From positions 153,992 to 185,991 of the forward strand of contig JAGOPP010000001.1 in the NCBI GenBank assembly GCA_017991935.1: a stretch of 32,000 bases of DNA. Reading direction: 5' to 3'. Below are positions 15,215 to 22,693 of the stretch, piece after piece (position 1 is the stretch's first letter; each line of letters opens with the position of its first letter). Both the position numbers and the translations under genes were made by a program. The DNA is from Oscillospiraceae bacterium (GTDB taxonomy: Bacteria; Bacillota; Clostridia; Oscillospirales; Ruminococcaceae). Below the pieces are notes generated by a model that searched no databases, was not told the DNA's origin, and saw only the letters and a program-made list of their open reading frames with translations.

Positions 15215-16477
15215 TTGTTCGTAGATATCGCGAAGATCAGAATTCGGGCGGGAAAGGGCGGCGACGGCGCCGTCGCGTTCCACCACGAGAAATTTATCAA
15301 CGCCGGCGGGCCGGACGGCGGCGACGGCGGAAAGGGCGGAGACGTCGTTTTCGCCGGCGACAGCAACCTTTCGAGCCTTGTCGATTTCAAATTCCGCAAG
15401 CGCTATTTCGCCGAGGACGGCAAGAACGGCATGGGCAACAAATGCTACGGCAAATCCGCGCCGGATCTGGTGATCCGGGTGCCGGTCGGCACCGTCGTTA
15501 AGGAGGCGGAGACCGGCCGGATTCTGGCCGACGTCTCCGACAACCGGCCGCAGGCCGTGGCGAGGGGCGGCAAGGGCGGCTGGGGCAACGCGCATTTCGC
15601 GAGCTCCACGCGCCAGATCCCGAAATTCGCCAAGGCGGGCCTGCCCGGCGAGGAGATTGAGGTCACGCTGGAGCTGAAGCTCCTCGCGGACGTGGGCCTC
15701 GTCGGCTTCCCGAATGTTGGCAAATCCACGCTGATCAGCGTGTGCTCCGCCGCGAAGCCGGAGATCGCGAGCTACCCCTTCACGACGATCACGCCGGTGC
15801 TCGGCGTGGTCAAGACGGACGACGGCTCCTTCGTCATGGCGGACATCCCGGGGCTCATCGAGGGCGCCGCGGAGGGCGTCGGCCTCGGGCACGATTTCCT
15901 GCGCCACGTCGAGCGATGCCGCCTGATCCTGCATATCGTCGACATCGCCGCCGAGGAGGGCCGCGACCCGATCGAGGACTATAAAACCATCAACCGCGAG
16001 CTTGAGCGGTTTAACCCGGAGCTCGCGAAGCGCCCGCAAATCCTCGCGCTCAACAAATGCGACGCCGCCATCCCCGAGATGATCGAGGAATTCGACAAGT
16101 TCGCAAAAGGCGAGGGCCTGACCTACTATCTCATCTCCGCGGCGACCCGGCAGGGCGTCGGCGAGCTGCTCAAGGCGGTCGAGGAGGCCCTCTCCAAGCT
16201 GCCGCCGGTCCTGCGCTACGAGCCGGAGCCGGAAGTCCACCCCGAGATCACGGAGAAACAGGAATTCACCGTCGCGGTGGAGGACGGCGTCTACGTCGTG
16301 GACGCGCCGTGGCTCGCCCACACGCTGGGCTTCGTCGATCTGGACGACTACGAGTCCATGCAGTATTTCCAGCGCGTGCTGCGTCTCTCCGGCATCATCG
16401 ACAAGCTCGAGGAGATGGGGATTCAGGAGGGCGACACCGTCTCCGTCTTGGACATCGATTTCGAGTACGTGCGCTGA
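15215..16477 (+). CDS. obg: GTPase Obg/CgtA
   Basis: TTG start giving (M)FVDIAKIRIRAGKGGDGAVAFHHEKF.., the glycine-rich Obg fold. G-domain motifs GFPNVGKST, DIPGLIEGA and NKCD are present, with a C-terminal OCT-like domain. Confidence 0.95.
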   Translation: MFVDIAKIRIRAGKGGDGAVAFHHEKFINAGGPDGGDGGKGGDVVFAGDSNLSSLVDFKFRKRYFAEDGKNGMGNKCYGKSAPDLVIRVPVGTVVKEAETGRILADVSDNRPQAVARGGKGGWGNAHFASSTRQIPKFAKAGLPGEEIEVTLELKLLADVGLVGFPNVGKSTLISVCSAAKPEIASYPFTTITPVLGVVKTDDGSFVMADIPGLIEGAAEGVGLGHDFLRHVERCRLILHIVDIAAEEGRDPIEDYKTINRELERFNPELAKRPQILALNKCDAAIPEMIEEFDKFAKGEGLTYYLISAATRQGVGELLKAVEEALSKLPPVLRYEPEPEVHPEITEKQEFTVAVEDGVYVVDAPWLAHTLGFVDLDDYESMQYFQRVLRLSGIIDKLEEMGIQEGDTVSVLDIDFEYVR

Positions 16478-16490
16478 TCCGGGCATAAAA

Positions 16491-16558
16491 AACGCCCGTT
16501 GGGCGGCCGCTTTTTTGGCTGCCCGGACTCCCGGCTTCGCCGGGGGCTTGATTTTTTA
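16491..16558 (+). terminator. Two tandem terminator hairpins after obg
   Basis: CGCCC-GTT-GGGCG followed by GCCGCTTTTTT, then CCCGGC-TTC-GCCGGG followed by GGCTTGATTTTTT. Confidence 0.55.
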
Positions 16559-16620
16559 TTTTATATTTTATTGGGGGCTTGTCTTTGGAGCGCGGCGTGT
16601 TGACCAAACAGGAGGCGGGG

Positions 16621-16998
16621 ATGCTCAACGGGCTGTCTCTGGCCTTTGTCGGGGACTCGGTCTATGAGATTTTTGTGCGCGAAAAGCTGCTTGAGCATGG
16701 CTCTCTGCCGGCGGGAAAGCTCCACGAGCGCGCCGTGCTCATGGTGCGGGCCGAGGCGCAGGCGAGGGTCTACGACCTGCTGGAGCCGGTGCTCGGCGAG
16801 GACGAGCTCGGCATCCTCAAGCGCGGCCGCAACTGCGCGGTGGGGCATATCCCCCACAACGCCACCGCCGCCGAGTACCGCAAGGCGACCGGCGTCGAGG
16901 CGCTGTTCGGCTGGCTCTGGCTCTGCGGCAACGAATCCCGCGCGCGGGATCTTTTTGATTTGTCGTCGGAAGTTTTGAGCGGGGAGGCGTCTGCGTGA
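16621..16998 (+). CDS. mrnC: Mini-ribonuclease 3 (Mini-III)
   Basis: ATG at 16621 sits 5 nt after AGGAGG (the track ORF starts at an upstream TTG, 16579). The sequence MLNGLSLAFVGDSVYEIFVREKLL..RGRN..EYRKATGVEALFGWLWL matches the Mini-III RNase III-like signature. Confidence 0.9.
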   Translation: MLNGLSLAFVGDSVYEIFVREKLLEHGSLPAGKLHERAVLMVRAEAQARVYDLLEPVLGEDELGILKRGRNCAVGHIPHNATAAEYRKATGVEALFGWLWLCGNESRARDLFDLSSEVLSGEASA

Positions 16999-17855
16999 AG
17001 AAGCGGGACGGGATCTTTTGGGACATCTGCGCCGAACTCGCCGGCTCGTTTCTCTTCGCGGCGGGCGTGGATATTTTTACCGCGCCGAACCACGTGGTCC
17101 CGGGCGGCGTCACGGGCATCGCCACGATGCTCAACGACCTGACCGGCCTGCCGATCGGCATCACGAGCTTCTTGCTCAACCTGCCTCTGATTTTGCTCGG
17201 GTGGAAGTTTCTTGGCAGGAACTTCGTCCGCTCGACGCTGCGCACGCTGGTGATTTTGACCGTCCTGACCGACGCGCTCGCCCCCCTGCTGCCGGAATAC
17301 ACCGGCAACATGCTGCTCGCCTCCATCTTCGGCGGCCTGCTGATCGGCGCGGGCCTCGGCGTCGTCTTTCAGCGGGGCTCCTCGACCGGCGGCTCGGATA
17401 TCGTCGGCCGGCTGCTGCTGCTCAGATACCCGCATATCCAGCTCGGCAAGATGCTTTTATATATTGATTTCGCCGTGATTGTCGGCGCGGGCTTCTATTT
17501 TTCCAGCATGGAGGCCGCGCTCTACGCGCTCGTCTCGGTCTACACCGTGGAGCGGGCGCTGGATACGGTGCTCTACGGGGACCGGCGCGGCGTCATCGCG
17601 TGGGCGGTCGTGGAAGAACCGGAGAAGGCGGCGAGAGCCATCATGGAAAAGATCGACCGCGGCGTCACCTTCCTGAGCGGGGAGGGCGGCTATACCGGCG
17701 GGGTCCGGCGGGTCATCATGTGCGCCATGCCGGAGAACCAGTTCCCGACCTTTAAAAAAGCCGTGAAGGAATGCGATCCCGCGGCCTTTATCATGTCCTC
17801 GCCCTCCAACGAGATCATCGGGGAGGGATTCCGCCCCATGCGGATCGACGGTTAG
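16995..17855 (+). CDS. YitT-family membrane protein (with DUF2179-type C-terminal domain)
   Basis: GTG start overlapping the mrnC stop (GTGA), with a GGGGAGG SD. The multi-pass N-domain carries GGVTGIA and GGSDI motifs. The soluble C-terminal domain (GVTFLSGEGGYTG..VIMCAM) is typical of YitT. Confidence 0.88.
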   Translation: MKKRDGIFWDICAELAGSFLFAAGVDIFTAPNHVVPGGVTGIATMLNDLTGLPIGITSFLLNLPLILLGWKFLGRNFVRSTLRTLVILTVLTDALAPLLPEYTGNMLLASIFGGLLIGAGLGVVFQRGSSTGGSDIVGRLLLLRYPHIQLGKMLLYIDFAVIVGAGFYFSSMEAALYALVSVYTVERALDTVLYGDRRGVIAWAVVEEPEKAARAIMEKIDRGVTFLSGEGGYTGGVRRVIMCAMPENQFPTFKKAVKECDPAAFIMSSPSNEIIGEGFRPMRIDG

Positions 17856-18238
17856 AGGCCGCCGCGCCGTCCGGAGTTTTTTTCTGTCCGCGGCGGGCGT
17901 TCTGCCGGTTTTATCCCAAGCTTTACGGGAGCGGCGGGAGGGTCTCCGACAGGGCGGCCGGATGTTTCAGGGGATTTTTTCCGTCCGCGGCGGAGCTTTT
18001 GCCGAATCCCGCGGGGCGGGGAAACGGGCTCCACGGGAAACCGCCGGATGAAGCAGAAAAAAATCCTTATGAATAAAAAAGCGCCCGGAATCCTCCCAAA
18101 AAGGCGCGCGCCCCTGTAAAAAATAAATACTTGCATAAAATCTCCTTCTGCGGGAAAAATGAGAACGAAAGCAGAGCTTTTAGGAAAGAAAATCTGCGAA
18201 GCGGCGCTTTCTAATTTTTCCGAAACGGAGATCTTTTT

Positions 18239-18430
18239 ATGCTTTCCAACAATCAGAACTATTCCAGAGAGGGCAGCTCCAACACCAATTCCAACAACGC
18301 CAACAACAACAATTCCAACAACAACCGCACGCAGGGCACTCAGGGCCCGCAGAACCCGCAAGGCCCGCAGAACCCCCAGAACCCCCAGAAACAGAGCCAG
18401 CAGAAGGACGCCAATAACGAGCGTCGCTAA
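18239..18430 (+). CDS. Hypothetical small Asn/Gln/Pro-rich low-complexity protein (63 aa)
   Basis: ATG 8 nt after GGAGA. 19 Asn and 11 Gln out of 63 residues, with a PQN(P/G)Q repeat. Codons are mostly C/G-ending (AAC, CAG, CCC), matching the host coding bias, whereas the antisense frame would use T-ending GTT codons. A strong dedicated terminator lies downstream. I recognise no homolog. Confidence 0.55.
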   Translation: MLSNNQNYSREGSSNTNSNNANNNNSNNNRTQGTQGPQNPQGPQNPQNPQKQSQQKDANNERR

Positions 18431-18525
18431 AAGCGGCGGGGGATTCCGCGCCGCCGGAGCGGCCGCTGGGGCTGTTTTCGGATAGCGGGGAAGACCCGAT
18501 CGGTTCCGCCCGCAGGGGCACGGCG

Positions 18526-18562
18526 CCGGGGAACGCTTTTCAGCGTTCTCCGGTATTTTTTT
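18526..18562 (+). terminator. Intrinsic terminator after the small N/Q-rich ORF
   Basis: 11-bp stem CCGGGGAACGC/GCGTTCTCCGG (one G-U pair), 6-nt loop, then TATTTTTTT. Confidence 0.8.
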
Positions 18563-18615
18563 GACCATTTTTCCATAAGATGCCCGCAGAGAACCTATTT
18601 TCAGGAGGCGGGACT

Positions 18616-18897
18616 ATGAGAGAAACGCAGCAGGCCGAAAAGAGGCCCCATTGGGTGAAGATCGACGAGCGGGGCAAGCTCTCCGCCGCCGGGATCGTCT
18701 CGCTGGAGGGCTTCGACGAGCGGGAGATCCATGCCGCGCTGCCGGAGTCGATGCTGGTGATCGGCGGGCGAAACCTCAAGGTGACGGGCTTTTCGGCGGA
18801 GACGGGGGATCTCTCCGCGGAGGGGAAAATCGACTGGCTGCGCTATTCCGGGAGGCTGCCGCGGCGGGCCGGCTTTTTGGAAAAGCTCTCGCGCTGA
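18616..18897 (+). CDS. yabP: Sporulation protein YabP
   Basis: ATG at 18616 sits 7 nt after AGGAGG (the track ATG at 18580 lacks an SD). The sequence HWVKIDERGKLSAAGIVSLEGFDEREIHAALPESMLVIGGRNLKVTGFSAETGDLSAEGKIDWLRYSG matches the YabP pattern, and synteny with yabQ-divIC-yabR supports it. Confidence 0.88.
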   Translation: MRETQQAEKRPHWVKIDERGKLSAAGIVSLEGFDEREIHAALPESMLVIGGRNLKVTGFSAETGDLSAEGKIDWLRYSGRLPRRAGFLEKLSR

Positions 18898-18906
18898 GGA
18901 GGCGGC

Positions 18907-19638
18907 ATGATCTTTTATGACGACATCAACGCGTTCCAGACGGCGCTCTTTTTGGAGGCGATGGCGTTCGGCGCGGAGCTTGCCCTGTGCCGCAGCGCGC
19001 AGGACTTGTTCCGTTTTTTGTTTCCGCCGGGGAGGCGGCGCCGGTTTTGGGGGGACGCGGGCTATTGCCTGATCGCCGGATTCCTGTATTTTTCGTTTCT
19101 GCTGGAGCGCAATTACGGCCAGCCGCGGCTCTATCTCTACTTCGGCTCCGCGATCGGGTTCGCCGTCTGGATGGGCACGGCGGGGCGGCTCGTCTCGCTG
19201 GTCGGGAGGCTGATCGCGCGCATCCGCAGGGCGATCCGGCGCGTTTTGGCCCCGCCGCTGCGGAGAATTCGGTCGTTTTTGGGGGAGATCGGCCGGAGAA
19301 TGGCGGCAAAAGGAGAAACGATGCTTAAAAAATCTTCGGAAAGCGCGAAAAAACTATTGAAAAAGGAACGCCAAATAGTGTATAATCCATTGTGTTTAGG
19401 TATTAGAAAATATAGGAATTTATTTTTCGCCGGAAGACGTGTGCGGACGCTTTCCGGGGAAGAGAAAAAGGGGCGTCGGGGATTTGAAGCTGAGAACCAA
19501 AGAGAAGAAGAACAGAGGCCTGTTTCTCCGGCTTGCGGTGATCGCATTCGGGGTGTATATCCTGTATGCTCTGGTGAGCTTTCAGGTGGACATCACCAAA
19601 AAACGCTCGGAGCTCGAGGCGGCAAAAGAGGAATATAA
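18907..19638 (+). CDS. yabQ: Spore cortex biosynthesis protein YabQ (open frame as written; the 3' tail overlaps divIC)
   Basis: GAGGAGG SD. The N-terminal membrane domain carries the YabQ-like LLERNYGQPRLYLYFGSAIGFAVW segment and a basic juxtamembrane tail. The frame has no stop until 19638, so the true functional C-terminus is uncertain. Confidence 0.75.
   Translation: MIFYDDINAFQTALFLEAMAFGAELALCRSAQDLFRFLFPPGRRRRFWGDAGYCLIAGFLYFSFLLERNYGQPRLYLYFGSAIGFAVWMGTAGRLVSLVGRLIARIRRAIRRVLAPPLRRIRSFLGEIGRRMAAKGETMLKKSSESAKKLLKKERQIVYNPLCLGIRKYRNLFFAGRRVRTLSGEEKKGRRGFEAENQREEEQRPVSPACGDRIRGVYPVCSGELSGGHHQKTLGARGGKRGI
19357..19386 (+). promoter_or_regulatory. Sigma-A-like promoter inside the yabQ 3' region, upstream of divIC
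   Basis: TTGAAA (19357-19362), 18 nt spacer, TATAAT (19381-19386), in a locally AT-rich block. Confidence 0.45.
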
Positions 19639-19783
19639 CCGCCAGCAGATCGAGAACGAGGAGCTTCAGCGGACCCTTGATACTTACGGCACCAACGATT
19701 TCATCGAAAGCATGGCGCGGGACAAGCTCGGCTATGCCTATTCCGACGAGCGTTTCTATGTCGACGTCTCCGGCACGAATTGA
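19484..19783 (+). CDS. divIC: Septum formation initiator (DivIC/FtsB family)
   Basis: (M)KLRTKEKKNRGLFLRLAVIAFGVYILYALVSF is a single TM helix. It is followed by a coiled coil (KRSELEAAKEEYNRQQIENEELQ) and the ARDKLGYAYSDERFY motif. The start is uncertain: TTG at 19484 (AAGGGG 10 nt upstream) or GTG at 19439 as in the track. Confidence 0.85.
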   Translation: MKLRTKEKKNRGLFLRLAVIAFGVYILYALVSFQVDITKKRSELEAAKEEYNRQQIENEELQRTLDTYGTNDFIESMARDKLGYAYSDERFYVDVSGTN

Positions 19784-19826
19784 GGCGCGGTTTTAAAGCA
19801 GTTTTGAGAGGGAGCTAAAAGGAATT

Positions 19827-20324
19827 ATGCAGCTTGAGGTTGGCTCTATTCTGGAGGGCAAAGTTTCCGGCATCACCAATTTCGGCGTTTTTGTCGATTT
19901 GTCCGGCGGCAAGACCGGCATGGTACATATCTCCGAAGTGGCGCACACCTATGTGAAGGACATCAAAGAGTTTGTGACCATGCACCAGACGGTGAAAGTG
20001 AAGGTCCTCGGCATCTCCCCGGACGGCAAGATCAGCCTCTCCATGAAGCAGGCGGAGGAGCCGCCGGAGGATCAGTCACAGCGCGACCGCTCCCAGAGCG
20101 GCCGCCCGCCGCGTCAAGACCGCTCCCGTTCCGGCCCCGGGACCGACAGTTTCGAGTTCCGTCCGAGGAACCAAAATCAAAATCTGTCTTTTGAAGACAT
20201 GATGAATCGCTATAAGCAGAGCAGCGACGAAAAGATGGACGATCTCAAGGACGTCATCGAAAGTCGGAAAGGCGCTCAGGGCCGCCGCGCGAAGAATAAA
20301 AACCGCGGCTTTTATGACGATTGA
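19827..20324 (+). CDS. yabR: S1 RNA-binding domain protein (YabR-like)
   Basis: An N-terminal S1 domain (GSILEGKVSGITNFGVFVDLSGGKTGMVHISEVAHTYVKDIKEF) is followed by a disordered basic/acidic tail. It occupies the same position as yabR after divIC in Bacillus. Confidence 0.88.
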   Translation: MQLEVGSILEGKVSGITNFGVFVDLSGGKTGMVHISEVAHTYVKDIKEFVTMHQTVKVKVLGISPDGKISLSMKQAEEPPEDQSQRDRSQSGRPPRQDRSRSGPGTDSFEFRPRNQNQNLSFEDMMNRYKQSSDEKMDDLKDVIESRKGAQGRRAKNKNRGFYDD

Positions 20325-20334
20325 CAGACAGGCG

Positions 20335-20366
20335 AAGGGTATTGCTTCCGGCGATACCCTTTTTTG
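20335..20366 (+). terminator. Intrinsic terminator after yabR
   Basis: AAGGGTAT/ATACCCTT stem, 11-nt loop, followed by a T-run. It lies inside the TTG-extended version of the next ORF, which argues for the ATG at 20381 as that gene's start. Confidence 0.7.
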
Positions 20367-20380
20367 AAAGGGTGGGACGT

Positions 20381-21535
20381 ATGCTTTTCTATAACGCCCG
20401 GGTTTACACGGCCGCGGGGCCGGAAATTGAAGACGGCTTCATCCTTGTGCGGGACGGGAAGATCCTCGACGTCGGCCCGTCGGAGTTTTTGCCCAAGGAG
20501 GAGGACGCCGTCGACCTCAAGGGCGCGACCGTCTATCCGGGATTTGTGGACGCCCACACCCACATCGGCATGTGGGGGGACGGCAAGGGGCAGGACGCCG
20601 ACGATGGCAACGAGGATACCGATCCCGCCACGCCGCAGCTGCGCGCCGTCGACGCCGTCAACCCGGCGGACCGGGCGTTCCAAGAGGCGCTCGAGGCCGG
20701 GGTCACCACCGTGGTCACCGGGCCGGGCAGCGCCAACGCGGTCGCGGGCCAGATGCTCGCGCTCAAGACCTACGGCGACACCATCGAGGAGAGGATCCTG
20801 CGGTGCCCGCTCGCGATGAAATTTGCGCTGGGCGAAAACCCGATCAATACATACCGCCAGCGCGGGGAGGCCCCCGCGACGAGGATGGCCACGGCCGCCG
20901 TGATCCGCGAGCAGCTGATGAAGGCCCGCCGCTACGCCGAGGACCTGCGGGCGAGCGAGGAGGACGAAGAGGTCGATCCCCCGGATTTCGACATGAAGGC
21001 CGAGTCCTTGCAGCAGGTGCTGGAGGGCGCCGTTCAGGCCCATTTTCACGCGCACCGGCAGGACGATATTTTCACCGCCGTCCGCATCGCCGAGGAATTC
21101 GGCCTCAAGGCGGTCATCATCCACGGGACGGAGGGCTGGCTCGCCCCCGAGCAGCTCGCCGCGAAGCATGTCCCGGTCGTCGCGGGGCCTATGATCGGCA
21201 CGCGCACGAAGCCGGAGCTCGCCAACATGGACGACTGCAACCCAGCGGAACTCGCGGAGGCCGGCATCCCGGTCGCCATCTGCACGGACCACCCGGAGGT
21301 GCCGGAGCGGTTTCTCGCGCTTTCGGCGGGGATCGCCGTGCGCGGCGGCATGAGCAGGGAGGACGCCCTGCGCGCCATCACGATCGTCCCGGCCGAGATC
21401 TGCGGCATCGCGGACCGCGTGGGCTCCATCGAGCCGGGCAAGGACGCGGATTTCGTGGTCTTCGACGACGACCCTTTTTCCGTCTACGCCGAGCCCGTCA
21501 TGGTGGTCGCCGGCGGCGAGATCGTCGGGGAATGA
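20381..21535 (+). CDS. Metal-dependent amidohydrolase family protein
   Basis: MLFYNARVYT..ILVRDGKILDVG..YPGFVDAHTHIG carries the HxH metal motif, and ICTDHP and GSIEPGKDADFVVFD lie near the C-terminus. Substrate unknown. Confidence 0.85.
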   Translation: MLFYNARVYTAAGPEIEDGFILVRDGKILDVGPSEFLPKEEDAVDLKGATVYPGFVDAHTHIGMWGDGKGQDADDGNEDTDPATPQLRAVDAVNPADRAFQEALEAGVTTVVTGPGSANAVAGQMLALKTYGDTIEERILRCPLAMKFALGENPINTYRQRGEAPATRMATAAVIREQLMKARRYAEDLRASEEDEEVDPPDFDMKAESLQQVLEGAVQAHFHAHRQDDIFTAVRIAEEFGLKAVIIHGTEGWLAPEQLAAKHVPVVAGPMIGTRTKPELANMDDCNPAELAEAGIPVAICTDHPEVPERFLALSAGIAVRGGMSREDALRAITIVPAEICGIADRVGSIEPGKDADFVVFDDDPFSVYAEPVMVVAGGEIVGE

Positions 21536-21573
21536 GCCCCGGCCGGGCCGCGCGCTCGTCCGTATTTTATCGC

Positions 21574-21616
21574 AAAAAAACGGGCGCCGGAAAAGAAATT
21601 CCAGCGCCCGTTTCTG
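21574..21616 (+). terminator. Terminator hairpin after the amidohydrolase gene
   Basis: A7 run, 7-bp GC stem CGGGCGC/GCGCCCG, 16-nt loop, then TTTCTGATT. Confidence 0.55.
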
Positions 21617-21754
21617 ATTATTCCAGACCACAACAATATAAAGATAGCACTTTTTTATGCGCGGGTAAACATCTTTTTTTGAAATTCGTCGTGCAGCATA
21701 ACAAACGATTCACATTTTAGTAGGAATCATGAATGGAATCGCGGGAAGCCAATA

Positions 21755-21763
21755 TGGTATAAT
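21755..21763 (+). promoter_or_regulatory. Extended -10 promoter element upstream of hpf
   Basis: TGGTATAAT lies 70 nt upstream of the hpf ATG. The -35 is weak (GGAATC at 17-nt spacing). Confidence 0.5.
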
Positions 21764-21832
21764 ATTCATGGCGGAAGAAAAGGGGCGGTCTTTCTGAAGC
21801 CGCCGCGTTCCGCCTAAAAAGGAGGCAGAGTT

Positions 21833-22351
21833 ATGAACATCAGGATCACTTCACGCAACACCTCGGTCCGGGACGAATTTAGAGAGCGCTGTGAAAAAAA
21901 GCTCAAAAAATTCGATCGATTTTTCGGTGAAAGTGCCGACGCTGTCGTCACCGTCTCCAACCAAAACGGCAGGGAGACGGTTGAGGTGACCATCACGTCC
22001 GGCGGCATGCTCTTCCGGGCAGAGAAAACGACCTCCGACCGGATCGATTCCATGGAAGCGGCGTCCGATGCGCTGACCAAGCAGATCACCCGCAACAAGA
22101 CGAGACTGGAGAAAAAATTCCACACCGGCGCTTTCCAGCCGTCTTTCAACAGCGATGTCATGCCCGAGGAGTACGGCATCGTCAGGATCAAACGTTTCCC
22201 GCTCAAGCCGATGAACGTGCAGGAGGCCATCCTCCAGATGAACATGCTGGACCACAGCTTCTTCATGTTCCGCAATGAGGAGACCGACGAGATCAACGTG
22301 GTCTACCGCCGCAACGACGAAAATTACGGGCTGCTGGAGCCGGGAGATTGA
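21833..22351 (+). CDS. hpf: Ribosome hibernation-promoting factor, long form (HPF/YvyD)
   Basis: 172 aa, AAGGAGG SD. It has an N-terminal S30AE/RaiA domain (MNIRITSRN..VEVTI) and a C-terminal dimerisation domain (IVRIKRFPLKPMNVQEAILQMNMLDHSFFMFRNEETDEINVVYRR). Confidence 0.95.
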   Translation: MNIRITSRNTSVRDEFRERCEKKLKKFDRFFGESADAVVTVSNQNGRETVEVTITSGGMLFRAEKTTSDRIDSMEAASDALTKQITRNKTRLEKKFHTGAFQPSFNSDVMPEEYGIVRIKRFPLKPMNVQEAILQMNMLDHSFFMFRNEETDEINVVYRRNDENYGLLEPGD

Positions 22352-22485
22352 GCGGATTTTTAGATTCATAGCTTCGTAAAAACGATTTTTGCGGCCCATA
22401 GGCGGCCCGCCGGCCCGGAGGCCGGGCGGCGATCCCCCGCGGGGCCGAAGCGCCGGGCGGCGGCGCGAGTTCCATAATATAAAAA

Positions 22486-22527
22486 GCGGACGATGGGGCG
22501 CAAAGCCCGGTCGCCCGCTGTTTTTTT
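22486..22527 (+). terminator. Intrinsic terminator after hpf
   Basis: GCGG-a-CGA ... TCG-c-CCGC outer stem with an inner GGGC/GCCC helix, followed by TGTTTTTTT. Confidence 0.7.
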
Positions 22528-22565
22528 GTGGTGAGGAAACCCGGGGGCCGCGCCACGGCATATAG

Positions 22566-22693
22566 GCGCGCCCGTCACCGGGCCTTTCTGTCGAGGATCA
22601 CGGCCGCCGCCTCGGCAAAGCATACCGCTGCGCCCGCGCGCGCCCGTCACCGGGCCTTTCTGTCGAGGATCACGGCCGCCGCCTCGGCAAAGC
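22566..22693. repeat. Perfect 56-bp direct repeat (two copies, 72-bp period) duplicating the 3' end of the HAD gene
   Basis: Positions 22566-22621 and 22638-22693 are identical (GCGCGCCCGTCACCGGGCCTTTCTGTCGAGGATCACGGCCGCCGCCTCGGCAAAGC). A 16-bp spacer separates them. The second copy contains the real stop (22647-22649) and the last 15 codons. Confidence 0.95.

Noticed and set aside
17852-18568. A 238-aa minus-strand ORF (poly-Val/Gly/Leu, membrane-like) covers the whole yitT-yabP spacer.
   Set aside because: It is the antisense image of the AAC/CAG-rich small ORF, so its Val codons would be T-ending GTT, against the genome bias. It has no SD. It also runs through terminator hairpins at 18526-18562 and about 18084-18112.
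22566-22693. I considered whether the repeated 56-mer is a mini CRISPR array.
   Set aside because: There are only two copies with a 16-bp spacer. The repeat is not palindromic in the CRISPR sense, it overlaps the coding end of the HAD gene, and no cas genes are present in the window.
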